Shown in pieces: positions 34,862 to 44,264 of a stretch of DNA of 64,000 bases. The stretch spans positions 44,635 to 108,634 of the forward strand of contig CAVTBO010000003.1 in assembly GCA_963733015.1 (NCBI GenBank), in the 5' to 3' direction. The stretch's first letter is position 1. Each line of letters starts with the position of its first letter. The translations under genes and the position numbers were made by a program. The stretch is from an uncultured Actinomycetes bacterium. Its GTDB lineage: Bacteria; Actinomycetota; Thermoleophilia; Gaiellales; Gaiellaceae. A model generated the notes under the pieces. The model ran no database searches, was not told the origin of the DNA, and was given only the letters and a program-made list of their open reading frames with translations.

Positions 34862-35434
34862 GTGACCAAGAAGACTCGACTCACGGTTCTCTCGCTCGCC
34901 GCGCTCCTCGCGCTCGCGATCGTGAGCGCCGCCGTCGCCCACCGCGTCGTCGTCATCAAGGGGACGAAGAACGGTGAGACCCTGACGGGCACGATCGGGA
35001 ACGACAGGATTCACGCCCGCGGCGGTGACGACACCGTCAACGCCGGGGAGGGCAACGACCGTGTGTTCGGCCAGCACGGGAACGACACCCTCAACGGTGA
35101 GGGTGGAAACGACCGCATGCGCGGTGGTCCCGGCACGGACACGCTCAACGGCGGCGAGGGCAACGACGTCCTCCGCGGCCGCTGGGGCAACGACGTCGTG
35201 AACGGCGACAACGGTGACGACCGCATCTGGGTCGGCCGTGGTGCAGACGTCGAGAACGGCGGCGCCGGCAACGACCGGATGCACGCACTTGCCCGCGACC
35301 GCATGGTCGACACGATCGACTGCGGTGCAGGCGACAGGGACGTCGTCTGGCTCAACTCCAGGGAGTCCGACGTCCACGTCAACTGCGAGATCGTCAAGAC
35401 CGTGACGACGTCGCACCCCGACGACGGGGAATAA
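34862..35434 (+). CDS. secreted calcium-binding protein with hemolysin-type GGxGxD-like repeats
   Basis: GTG 34862 nine nt after AGGAGG (34847-34852); signal peptide; repeated G-GNDxL/V-G units. Confidence 0.7.
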   Translation: MTKKTRLTVLSLAALLALAIVSAAVAHRVVVIKGTKNGETLTGTIGNDRIHARGGDDTVNAGEGNDRVFGQHGNDTLNGEGGNDRMRGGPGTDTLNGGEGNDVLRGRWGNDVVNGDNGDDRIWVGRGADVENGGAGNDRMHALARDRMVDTIDCGAGDRDVVWLNSRESDVHVNCEIVKTVTTSHPDDGE

Positions 35435-35466
35435 CAGCTCCTCTCTCTCCCTCTCTCCACGACGAA

Positions 35467-35494
35467 GCGAAGCCCGCCTTCCGGCGGGCTTCGC
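35467..35494. terminator. bidirectional stem-loop GCGAAGCCCGCC-TTCC-GGCGGGCTTCGC
   Basis: 12-bp perfect stem between convergent genes, followed by CGTTTC. Confidence 0.7.
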
Positions 35495-35499
35495 CGTTT

Positions 35500-36456
35500 C
35501 TAAGCGAGGTAGGCGATGCGTTCGTCAGCGTCGACGCGCTTCGCGCCGTCCCGCCGGACGAGGTACTCGAGATGCGCCCTGGTCTCGACCATCGCAAAGC
35601 GGCGGAGCGTCGGAGGTAGCGGCTCCGGAAACAGGGTGAGCGACACGTCGTAGGCGCTCAGCGGATCGCCGTCGAGCGCTTCGGCCGTCCGGACGAGGCG
35701 CTCGCCGTGGTGGGCGATCAACTCGCGTGCCCTGCCGGCAGGGTCCTCGATCGGCTCGCCGTGACCCGGCAGCGCCAGCCTGGGAGCGAGCTCGGCGATG
35801 CGCTCCAGCGAGGAGAGGTAGTCGCCGAGCGGGTCGGGCCTGGAGTCCGGATACAGCCCGACGTTGGGCGTGATCGATCCGAGCAGCGTGTCGCCGGCGA
35901 TGAGCGTCCCGTCCCGCAGGAACGCCAGATGGCCGTCGGCGTGGCCGGGCAGGTGCAACACCTCCCAGCCGTCGAGGTGGCCTCCCGGCTGGAGAACCTC
36001 TGGGTCGTGGGCGAACCGCACGAACTGGACGAACACCCGCCCTTCTTCGCGGAACGACTCGACATCGGCCTCCGGCGTGCCGTGCGTCCTGAGGTACTCG
36101 GGCATCCGCTCCGCCTCGCGCAACTCGCCCCAGGTCTGGACGCACTGGGCGTAGTCGTCCGCGCCCTGGAAGACCGGTGCGCCGGTCAGCTCGACCAGGT
36201 CGGCCGCTGCCCCGATGTGGTCGGGATGGAAATGCGTGAGGGCGATGCGCTCCACCGGCGCCTCCAGCTCGTCGAGCACGCGCGACCACAACTGCCGCGC
36301 GTCGGGCACTCCGAGACCCGTGTCGACCACGGTCCAGCCGCCGTCGGATGAGGGGAGGAGGTAGCAGTGGACGTGGTCGATGCCCAACGGCAGCGCGAAC
36401 GTCTGGCGCCGGATCCCACCCTCGAGCTCGACCATGGCTGTATTCAACTCCTCCAC
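35500..36456 (-). CDS. MBL-fold metallo-hydrolase
   Basis: THFHPDHIG zinc motif; 318 aa (ATG 36435 is an alternative start). Confidence 0.8.
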   Translation of the reverse strand: MEELNTAMVELEGGIRRQTFALPLGIDHVHCYLLPSSDGGWTVVDTGLGVPDARQLWSRVLDELEAPVERIALTHFHPDHIGAAADLVELTGAPVFQGADDYAQCVQTWGELREAERMPEYLRTHGTPEADVESFREEGRVFVQFVRFAHDPEVLQPGGHLDGWEVLHLPGHADGHLAFLRDGTLIAGDTLLGSITPNVGLYPDSRPDPLGDYLSSLERIAELAPRLALPGHGEPIEDPAGRARELIAHHGERLVRTAEALDGDPLSAYDVSLTLFPEPLPPTLRRFAMVETRAHLEYLVRRDGAKRVDADERIAYLA

Positions 36457-36477
36457 TCGGCTTTATGATCGCGCCCC

Positions 36478-37215
36478 GTGGCACTCCTCACAGTCGAGAA
36501 CGTGACACGGCGTTTCGGCGGGATCGTTGCACTCGACGACGTGTCGCTCGATTTGGAGGAGGGCACGATCGGCGGGCTCATCGGCCCCAACGGCGCCGGC
36601 AAGACGACGCTCTTCAACGTCGTGACGCGCCTGTACAAAGCCGATTCGGGCCGCGTTGTGCTCGAGGGACGGGACCTGCTTCGCACTCGCCCGTACCGGA
36701 TCATCCGCTCGGGTGTTTCCCGGACGTTCCAGAACGTTGTGCTCTTCCCGACCATGACCGTGGCCGAGAACGTCCTCGTTGGCGCACACACGCGCATGCA
36801 CCCCTTCGGCGAGCGCCAGGGTCGAAAGATGGCGCGCGAGACGCTCGAGTATCTGAACCTGGGACAGCACGCCGAGCGGCCTGCCGCCGGCCTGCCGTTC
36901 GGGACGCTCAAGCGAATCGAGCTGGCCAGAGCGCTCGTCTCGCGTCCGCGGCTGCTCCTGCTCGACGAGCCCGCCGGCGGGCTCAACCACGAGGAGGTGG
37001 AAGAGCTCGGTGCGCTGATCCGGCGCCTGAGGAAGGACTACGACCTCACCCTTCTGATCGTCGAGCATCACATGGCGCTCGTCATGAGCATCTGTGACCG
37101 GGTGCACGTCCTGAACTTCGGCAAGAAGATCGCCGAGGGGACGCCGGCCGAGGTCCAGCAGGATCCGGACGTGATCGAGGCCTATCTCGGAGGCGAGGAT
37201 GCCGATGCTGCTTGA
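36478..37215 (+). CDS. livG: branched-chain amino acid ABC transporter ATP-binding protein
   Basis: GTG start; GPNGAGKTT, LPFGTLKRIELARAL, LLLDEPAGGL. Confidence 0.85.
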   Translation: MALLTVENVTRRFGGIVALDDVSLDLEEGTIGGLIGPNGAGKTTLFNVVTRLYKADSGRVVLEGRDLLRTRPYRIIRSGVSRTFQNVVLFPTMTVAENVLVGAHTRMHPFGERQGRKMARETLEYLNLGQHAERPAAGLPFGTLKRIELARALVSRPRLLLLDEPAGGLNHEEVEELGALIRRLRKDYDLTLLIVEHHMALVMSICDRVHVLNFGKKIAEGTPAEVQQDPDVIEAYLGGEDADAA

Positions 37216-37900
37216 GCTGCGTGACGTGCACGCCCGTTACGGGCCGGTCCGCGCCCTGCACGGGGTCTCGCTCACGGTCGATCAGGGCGAAGTCGTCGCG
37301 CTCCTCGGCGCCAACGGCGCCGGCAAGACGACCACGCTCCGCAGCGTCTCGGGCATGGTTCGCAAGACCGGCGAGATCGTCTTCGACGGCCGCCGGATCA
37401 TGCGGCGCAGCCCGGAGTCGATCGCGCGGCTCGGCATTGCGCACGTCCCGGAGGGGCGCGGGCTCTTCCTCGAGCTGTCGGTCTGGGAAAACCTGCGCAT
37501 GGGCGCGCGGGGCCGGCTCGCTGAGGGCGAGCCCGAGCGTGTAGTCGGGTACTTCCCGTGGATCGATCGGCGTCGGAACCAGCAGGCGGCGACGCTGAGC
37601 GGCGGCGAGCAGCAGATGCTCGCCCTCGCACGGGCGCTCGTCTCGAAGCCGCGGTTGCTGATGCTCGACGAGCCTTCGCTCGGCCTCGCGCCGACGGTCG
37701 TCCGCGAGCTCTTCGGCATCGTGCGGCGACTGAACGAGGAGGACGGTCTGACGGTGCTTGTGGTCGAGCAGAACGCGACGATCGCCCTGAGCCTCGCGTC
37801 GCGGGCATACGTCCTCGAGGTCGGGAAGGTCGCGGTACACGGGACGAGTGAAGAGCTCGAGCGCCACGAAGCGGTCCGAAAGAGCTACCTGGGTTATTAG
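37199..37900 (+). CDS. livF: branched-chain amino acid ABC transporter ATP-binding protein
   Basis: GANGAGKTT, LSGGEQQMLALARAL, LMLDEPSLGLAP. Confidence 0.85.
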   Translation: MPMLLELRDVHARYGPVRALHGVSLTVDQGEVVALLGANGAGKTTTLRSVSGMVRKTGEIVFDGRRIMRRSPESIARLGIAHVPEGRGLFLELSVWENLRMGARGRLAEGEPERVVGYFPWIDRRRNQQAATLSGGEQQMLALARALVSKPRLLMLDEPSLGLAPTVVRELFGIVRRLNEEDGLTVLVVEQNATIALSLASRAYVLEVGKVAVHGTSEELERHEAVRKSYLGY

Positions 37901-37903
37901 CTG

Positions 37904-38785
37904 ATGGCCGAGCTTCTGCAACAGGTCGTGAGCGGGCTCGCGCAGGGATCGATCTACGCGAGCCTCGCGCTGGCGCTCGTCCTCATCTACCGCTCCACGG
38001 ATGTCCTCAACTTCGCGCAGGGCGAGATGGCGACGTTCACGACCTTCATCGCGTGGTCGCTGATGGGCCATGGACTCTCGTTCTGGCCCGCGTTCGCGCT
38101 CACGCTCGGGATCGCCTTCGTCGGCGGCGCCGCAGTCGAGCGAGTCCTGATCCGGCCCGTCGAGCATCGACCCGAGATCGTGATCGTGATCGTGACGATT
38201 GGCCTCCTCATCGCCTTGAACGGGCTCACCGGCTGGATCTGGGGGCCGGAGGTGAAGGCGTTCGACAGCCCGTTTCCCCTCCGGACGATCGACGTCGGCG
38301 GTGTGATCATCTCCCTCCAGGACCTCGGTGTCCTGGCCGTGTGCCTCGTCACCGTGGCGCTGCTCTGGGCTTTCTTCCGGTTCACTACCGTCGGCCTCGT
38401 GATGCGCGCCGTCGCGAACAGCCAGGAGGCGAGCCGGCTGCAGGGGGTCCGCGTCGGCTGGATGCTGGCGCTGGGCTGGGGCCTCGCCGCCGTGCTCGGC
38501 GCGGTCGCCGGGATGATGTCCGCGCCGGCGCTGACGCTCGATCCGAACCTGATGCTCGTCGTCCTGATCTACGCCTTCGCCGCCGCCGTGCTCGGCGGGC
38601 TCGACAGCCCGGTCGGCGCCGTCGTCGGCGGCCTCTTGCTCGGGGTCGTGATCAATCTGCTCGGCACCTACGTCGACTTCATCGGCGGCGAGCTGCGACT
38701 GCCGGCTGCGCTCGCCGTCCTGCTGATCGTGCTGCTGGTCCGGCCGCAGGGCTTGTTCGGCCACCCGGTGGTGAGGCGCGTCTGA
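37904..38785 (+). CDS. livH: branched-chain amino acid ABC transporter permease
   Basis: 293 aa; QQVVSGLAQGSIYASLALALVLIY start typical of LivH. Confidence 0.85.
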   Translation: MAELLQQVVSGLAQGSIYASLALALVLIYRSTDVLNFAQGEMATFTTFIAWSLMGHGLSFWPAFALTLGIAFVGGAAVERVLIRPVEHRPEIVIVIVTIGLLIALNGLTGWIWGPEVKAFDSPFPLRTIDVGGVIISLQDLGVLAVCLVTVALLWAFFRFTTVGLVMRAVANSQEASRLQGVRVGWMLALGWGLAAVLGAVAGMMSAPALTLDPNLMLVVLIYAFAAAVLGGLDSPVGAVVGGLLLGVVINLLGTYVDFIGGELRLPAALAVLLIVLLVRPQGLFGHPVVRRV

Positions 38786-39933
38786 TGCCGAAGGTCAAGC
38801 TCGCGACCGTCCTCAAGTACGTGCTCGCCCTCGCGGTCGCCGTCTTCATCGCACTGTTGCCGCGGATCTTCGACGCGCGCCTGGATCCTTCGTTGGCGGA
38901 GTTCCGGGTCGGCCAGTTCACGCTCGTCGGCATCTGGTTCGTCGCCCTGCTCGGCCTGAATGTCCTGACCGGCTACAACGGGCAGATCTCACTCGGGCAC
39001 GGAGCCTTCGTCGGCCTAGGCGCGTACGCCTCGGTGCTGCTCACGATGGGACGGCCGGGCCTCGAGCTCGCGATGCTGGAAGCGCCGAGCTGGATGCCGG
39101 TCGGCGACGGCATGCGGCCGGTCTTCACGATTCCGATCGCGGCCCTCTTCACCGGCGTCGTCGGCTTTCTCTTCGGCATTCCTGCGCTGCGGCTGGGCGG
39201 AGCTGCGCTGGCACTGGCGACGCTCGCTGTGGCTGTGTCCTTCCCGATCGTGATGAAGCGCTTCGACGAGATCACCGGCGGCGGGGGAGGCATCAGCACG
39301 AATCTGCCGAGCACGCCGTTCGGCTGGGACATCTCCACCCGCCACTGGCTCTACTACGAGACCTGGGTCACGGCCGGGATCGTGTTCGTGCTGTGCTGGC
39401 TCATGGTCCGTGGACGAGTGGGCCGCGCCTGGCGCTCGATCAGGGACGGCGAGATCGCAGCCGTATCGTCGGGCGTCTACTCCTCCTTCTACAAGGCGCT
39501 CGCGTTCGGCGTCTCCTCGGCCTTCGCCGGCGCCGCAGGAGCGCTGCTGGCGATCGAGATCGCCTACGTGAACCCGGACACCTTCCCAGTCAGCCTCTCG
39601 ATCCTGCTGCTCGCGAGCGCGGTCATCGGTGGTCTCGGCTCGCTTGTCGGCTCCCTCTTCGGCGCGCTGCTGTACGTCTTCCTGCCGATCTATTCGGAGA
39701 ACCCGCCGCTCGTTTCTTGGGACTTCTCGACCCAGGCGCCCGCGGTCGTCTTCGGCGCGTTCCTGATCGTGATCATGCTGCTCCTACCCGGTGGCGTTGT
39801 CGGCGGTCTCCGCCGGCTCGCGGCGTTCATCGCTGCGAATCTGGGGCGGCGGCCTCGCGGTCTGGTGCCTGAACCGATAACGTCGGGCGCACATGGCCAT
39901 TCAGACGGCCCCGACGAAGAGGAGAGAGTCTGA
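38785..39933 (+). CDS. livM: branched-chain amino acid ABC transporter permease
   Basis: ATG overlaps livH stop (TGATG); GYNGQISLGHGAF motif. Confidence 0.85.
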   Translation: MPKVKLATVLKYVLALAVAVFIALLPRIFDARLDPSLAEFRVGQFTLVGIWFVALLGLNVLTGYNGQISLGHGAFVGLGAYASVLLTMGRPGLELAMLEAPSWMPVGDGMRPVFTIPIAALFTGVVGFLFGIPALRLGGAALALATLAVAVSFPIVMKRFDEITGGGGGISTNLPSTPFGWDISTRHWLYYETWVTAGIVFVLCWLMVRGRVGRAWRSIRDGEIAAVSSGVYSSFYKALAFGVSSAFAGAAGALLAIEIAYVNPDTFPVSLSILLLASAVIGGLGSLVGSLFGALLYVFLPIYSENPPLVSWDFSTQAPAVVFGAFLIVIMLLLPGGVVGGLRRLAAFIAANLGRRPRGLVPEPITSGAHGHSDGPDEEERV

Positions 39934-40525
39934 CCGCACTCGTCGGCGCCAACGCCGACGAGAAGAGCTCCTCGACGTCGCTGATCGAGTCATCCAACGG
40001 CGGGGCGTCGACGTCTCCATGGACGAGATCGCGTCGGAGGCAGGCATCACGAAGCCCGTCCTCTACCGGCACTTCGGCGACAAGGACGGCCTGTACCAGG
40101 CGCTCACGGAGCGCTACGTCGACGAGCTCAAGGTCGCGCTGACGCCGGCCACAAGGGCCGACAAGCCGCGCGCCCGACTGGCGGCCGCAATCGACGCGTA
40201 CCTGTCCTACGTCGAGCGGGAGCCCTCGCGATACCGGTTCCTGCTCCATGCGTCTGAACAGCCACGGACGGCCGCGATCGTCGCCGACTTCCGCCGCCGG
40301 CACATCGCCGAGTGCGCGTTCACGGCCGAGGAGAATCTCCGCCGTGCGGGTGTCGACCCCGGCTTCGCCGAGCCATGGGCGCAGTGCGTCTCCGGCATGA
40401 TCCGAGCGGCGGGCGCCTCCTGGCTCGAGACCCGATCGCTTCCGCGAGAACGGCTCGTCGACTATTTGACGACGATTCTCTGGGACGGCTCTTCGTCCCT
40501 CCGCCGCGCGGCCGCTTCGCGCTGA
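39893..40525 (+). CDS. TetR-family transcriptional regulator
   Basis: HTH SMDEIASEAGITKPVLYRHFGDKDGLY; overlaps livM end by 41 nt. Confidence 0.85.
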   Translation: MAIQTAPTKRRESDRTRRRQRRREELLDVADRVIQRRGVDVSMDEIASEAGITKPVLYRHFGDKDGLYQALTERYVDELKVALTPATRADKPRARLAAAIDAYLSYVEREPSRYRFLLHASEQPRTAAIVADFRRRHIAECAFTAEENLRRAGVDPGFAEPWAQCVSGMIRAAGASWLETRSLPRERLVDYLTTILWDGSSSLRRAAASR

Positions 40526-40675
40526 AATCGAGGCTCACGAGGGGTTACCGTGCGTAACGTTTCGTAGTACGCTTGCCGGATATCGGGTCCGGTCCACAAC
40601 AAATCGGGTCATTCGAAGTCCTACCGGAGGCGGACGGGGAGGTCCAGTCCGGATGGCAATAGGAGGAGTGAGCAC

Positions 40676-41938
40676 ATGAGGAAAATGGTGTTGGTGGTCA
40701 TAGCGCTCGGCGCGGCGCTGACCGTAAGCCTCCCGGGCGCGCTTGCCCGGGTCCAGGCACCCAAGGCCGATCCAGGGGTCACGAGCAGGTCGATCACGAT
40801 CGGGGGCACGTTCCCGTTCAGCGGCCCTGTCTCGTCGTACGCGCCGATTGCACGGGGAATGGAGACGTACTTCCGCTTCGTGAACGCGCGGAAGGGTCCG
40901 GACGGCCGTCGTGGGGTCTACGGCCGGCAGATCATCTTCAAGACCTATGACGACGGATACAACCCGGCGAGGACCTTCCAGCTGACGAACCAGCTGGTCC
41001 TGCAGGACAAGGTCTTCGCCATCTACGGGTCGCTCGGCACCGAGCCGAACCTCGCGATCCGACAGATGCTGAACCAGCGCAGGATCCCGCAGCTCCAGAT
41101 CGCCACCGGCGCGAGCTACTGGGGCGCCCTGCACAAGCAGAACCCGTGGACGATGGGGTGGCAGACCGACTACGTCGCCGAGGGGCGGAACTACGCGAAG
41201 TGGATCCTCGCGAACCGGCGCAACGCCAAGATCGCGATCTTCTACCAGAACGACGACTACGGAAAGGACTACCTGCGGGGGATCAAGCAGGGGCTCGGTA
41301 GTCGGGCGAGCAGCATGATCGTGAACGAGCGGAGCTACGAGGTCACCGACACGAGCTACGCGTCGCAGATCTCGCAGCAACGGTCCTCCGGCGCCGATAC
41401 GTGGATCCTGCTGACCACGGCCGGCACCCCGACCGTCCGCGCACTCGCGACGGGACGGACCGTCGGATATCGGCCGCAGCAGATCATCATCAACTCGGTC
41501 GCCGCGACCGACCAGGTGATGGCCGCCGCAGCCCGGACGGTCGGCCAGGACTACGTGAACGGCATCGTCAGCTCGGGCTACCTGAAGAACAACACGAACC
41601 CGAAGTACAAGAACGACCCGGCGATCCGGTCGTTCCGCCGGATCATGTCCAAGCACGCCCCGGCGGGCGGCGTGGACATCCGGAACTCGTTCTACTTCTA
41701 CGGGGTCGCCAATGCCTGGGAGTTCGTCAAGCTCCTCTACAAGGCTGGGCGTAATCCGACGCGGGCGTCGCTGATGGCGGCTGCTCGGGCCAGGAACTGG
41801 GTCAACCCGTACACGCTTGCGGGCGTGCGGACGAAAACCGGCAAGAACGACTACTTCCCACTGGATCAGGGGAAGATCGTCCGCTACAACAACGGCAGCT
41901 TCACGGAGATCAGCCCGCTCTACAAGGGCCGGAACTAG
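40676..41938 (+). CDS. ABC transporter substrate-binding protein (LivK/type-I periplasmic binding fold)
   Basis: RBS AGGAGG before ATG; signal peptide; ITIGGTFPFSGPVSSY ... YGSLGT pattern. Confidence 0.8.
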   Translation: MRKMVLVVIALGAALTVSLPGALARVQAPKADPGVTSRSITIGGTFPFSGPVSSYAPIARGMETYFRFVNARKGPDGRRGVYGRQIIFKTYDDGYNPARTFQLTNQLVLQDKVFAIYGSLGTEPNLAIRQMLNQRRIPQLQIATGASYWGALHKQNPWTMGWQTDYVAEGRNYAKWILANRRNAKIAIFYQNDDYGKDYLRGIKQGLGSRASSMIVNERSYEVTDTSYASQISQQRSSGADTWILLTTAGTPTVRALATGRTVGYRPQQIIINSVAATDQVMAAAARTVGQDYVNGIVSSGYLKNNTNPKYKNDPAIRSFRRIMSKHAPAGGVDIRNSFYFYGVANAWEFVKLLYKAGRNPTRASLMAAARARNWVNPYTLAGVRTKTGKNDYFPLDQGKIVRYNNGSFTEISPLYKGRN

Positions 41939-41960
41939 TCTCACTGAAGACGCGAACGAC

Positions 41961-41989
41961 CGACGGGGCCGGCAACGCCGGCCCCGTCG
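41961..41989 (+). terminator. stem-loop CGACGGGGCCGGC-AAC-GCCGGCCCCGTCG
   Basis: 13-bp perfect GC stem 23 nt after SBP stop; no U-tract. Confidence 0.55.
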
Positions 41990-42010
41990 AGTCTCTCGGA
42001 GGATGCTGAG

Positions 42011-43126
42011 GTGGACCTGACGCTCACTCCCGAGCAGGAGCTGATCCGCAGCTCGGCGCGTGAGTTCGTCGACCGCGAGATCGCGCCGCACGTGCGCGAC
42101 TGGGACCGGGACGAGACGATGGACAGGGAGATCGTCGCCAAGCTGGCGGAGGTCGGCTTCCTCGCCGGCTGGGAGCTCGACACCGTCTCGTACTCCCTGG
42201 TCATGGAGGAGCTCGGCCGGGTCGACTCCTCGGTCCGGGGAATCGTCTCCGTCAACGTCGGCCTCGTCGGGAAGACGATCCTCAAATGGGGCACGGAGGC
42301 GCAGAAGGCGGAATGGATCCCGCGCCTCGGCACCGGCGAGGTGCTCGGCTGCTACGCCCTGACGGAGCCCGGAGCGGGGTCCGACCCCGGCGGGCTCACG
42401 ACGACGGCGGAGCGCGACGGCGACTCGTGGTCGATCACCGGCTCGAAGGTCTTCATCACGCTGGGCACATGGGCCGGCCTGGCGCTCGTGTTCGCGCGGA
42501 CGGGCGAGAAGATTTCGTGCTTCCTCGTGCCTACGGATGCGACCGGGTTCTCCGCGAAGCAGATCAAGGGCAAGCTCGGGCTCCGGGCGCAGGACACGGG
42601 AGAGCTGACCCTCGACGGCGTGCGAGTTCCCGCCGAGAACTTGCTCGGAGACGAGGGCGCCGGGATGAAGGTGGCTCTCTCCGCGCTCGACAACGGCCGG
42701 ATCTCGCTCGCGGCCGGCTGCGTCGGCATCGGCCAGGGGTGCCTCGAGGCCTGTCTCGCCTACACGAGCGAGCGCCACCAGTTCGGGCGACCGATCGCAT
42801 CGTTCCAGCTCGTCCAGGAGCTGCTCGCGGAGATCGCGGTCGAGACCGAGGCCGCCCGCCTGCTGACCTGGAAGGCCGCGCTCGCCGCCGACGCCGGGAC
42901 CCGGCACACGCTCGAGTCGTCGATCGCCAAGTACTACGCGAGCGAGGCCGCGGTCCGGTCCGCGAACGCTGCCGTCCAGGTGCACGGCGGCTACGGCTAC
43001 GTTGACGAGTTCCCGGTCGGGAAGTACCTCCGGGACGCGCGAGTCACGACCCTGTACGAGGGAACCAGCCAGATCCAGAAACTGATCATCGGTCGCCAAC
43101 TGACAGGAGAGAACGCCTTTGTCTGA
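42011..43126 (+). CDS. acyl-CoA dehydrogenase (short/medium-chain type)
   Basis: GTG start; CYALTEPGAGSD, FITLG, YEGTSQIQKLIIGRQL with catalytic Glu context. Confidence 0.9.
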   Translation: MDLTLTPEQELIRSSAREFVDREIAPHVRDWDRDETMDREIVAKLAEVGFLAGWELDTVSYSLVMEELGRVDSSVRGIVSVNVGLVGKTILKWGTEAQKAEWIPRLGTGEVLGCYALTEPGAGSDPGGLTTTAERDGDSWSITGSKVFITLGTWAGLALVFARTGEKISCFLVPTDATGFSAKQIKGKLGLRAQDTGELTLDGVRVPAENLLGDEGAGMKVALSALDNGRISLAAGCVGIGQGCLEACLAYTSERHQFGRPIASFQLVQELLAEIAVETEAARLLTWKAALAADAGTRHTLESSIAKYYASEAAVRSANAAVQVHGGYGYVDEFPVGKYLRDARVTTLYEGTSQIQKLIIGRQLTGENAFV

Positions 43127-44264
43127 CGCAGTCATCGTCTCGGCAGCGCGAACCCCGATCGGGCGGGCGCGGAAGGGGTCGCTCGTGGACGCCCGTCCCG
43201 ACGACCTGGCAGCGTTCGCCATCGACGCCGCGCTGAAGCAGGTCCCGGAGCTCGATCGCGGGGACATCGTCGACGTCATGCTCGGATGCGGGTTCCCGGA
43301 GCAGAAGCAGGGCATGAACCTCGCCCGGCGTGCGGCGCTCCTTGCTGACCTGCCGGCGAGCGTCCCCGGGACGACCGTCAACCGGTTCTGCGCCTCCTCC
43401 CTGCAGACGATCCGAATGGCGTTCCACGCGATCAGGGCCGGCGAGGGCGACGCGTTCGTCGCCGGCGGCGTCGAGTCGATCACCCAGGTCGACGGCTATC
43501 CGAAGGACGCCGAGGAGCTTCATCCGAAGCTGTTCGGTGACGACGCCCCGATCGCGAACGTGTACATCCCGATGGGGATGACGGCCGAGAACGTCGCCGA
43601 GCGCTGGGACGTCTCCCGGGAGGACATGGATCTTTATGCGCAGCGGTCCCAGGAGCGCGCGGTCGCCGCGCAGGACAGCGGCTTCTTCGGCCGCGAGCTC
43701 ACACCCTGGAACGGCGTGTCCGCGGACGACGGGCCGCGCCGCGGATCGACGCTCGAGAAGCTCGCCGAGCTCGAGCCGGCCTTCCGGCCGGACGGCAAGG
43801 TGACGGCCGGAAATTCGTGTCCGTTGAACGACGGAGCGGCAGCGGTCGTCGTCACCAGCGAGGAGAAGGCGGGGGAGCTCGGCGTCCAGCCGCGGGCCAG
43901 GATCATCGCGTCGGCTGTCTCGGGCGTCGAGCCCGAGATCATGGGCGTCGGCCCGATCGGCGCCGTGCGCGCCGTCCTGGAGCAGGCGGGAATGACGATC
44001 GACGACGTCGACGTGGTGGAGCTGAACGAGGCGTTCGCCGCGCAGGTGCTCCCGGTCAGCCGCGAGCTCGGCATCGATCCGTTCGGCGAGAAGCTGAACC
44101 CGCACGGCGGCGCAATCGCCCTCGGGCACCCCTACGGCATGACCGGCGCGCGGATCATGTGCACGCTGCTCAACGATCTCGAGACCCTCGACGGGACGAT
44201 CGGGCTCGAGACGATGTGCGTCGGCGGCGGCCAGGGGATGGCGATGATCGTCGAGCGCCTGTGA
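43119..44264 (+). CDS. acetyl-CoA C-acyltransferase (thiolase)
   Basis: TTG start (MSDAVIVSAARTPIG); VNRFCASSLQ, NPHGGAIALGHP, CVGGGQG. Confidence 0.9.
   Translation: MSDAVIVSAARTPIGRARKGSLVDARPDDLAAFAIDAALKQVPELDRGDIVDVMLGCGFPEQKQGMNLARRAALLADLPASVPGTTVNRFCASSLQTIRMAFHAIRAGEGDAFVAGGVESITQVDGYPKDAEELHPKLFGDDAPIANVYIPMGMTAENVAERWDVSREDMDLYAQRSQERAVAAQDSGFFGRELTPWNGVSADDGPRRGSTLEKLAELEPAFRPDGKVTAGNSCPLNDGAAAVVVTSEEKAGELGVQPRARIIASAVSGVEPEIMGVGPIGAVRAVLEQAGMTIDDVDVVELNEAFAAQVLPVSRELGIDPFGEKLNPHGGAIALGHPYGMTGARIMCTLLNDLETLDGTIGLETMCVGGGQGMAMIVERL

Noticed and set aside
34862-35434. RTX toxin / type I secretion substrate
   Set aside because: The protein is short (190 aa) and has an N-terminal Sec signal peptide. 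There are no adjacent T1SS ABC, MFP or TolC genes and no acyltransferase.
40535-43483. 982-aa minus-strand ORF, the longest in the window
   Set aside because: It is antisense to the LivK-like SBP, ACAD and thiolase genes. It is Arg/Pro/Gly/Asp-rich with no motifs, the typical shadow ORF of a high-GC genome. The plus-strand genes carry clear family motifs.
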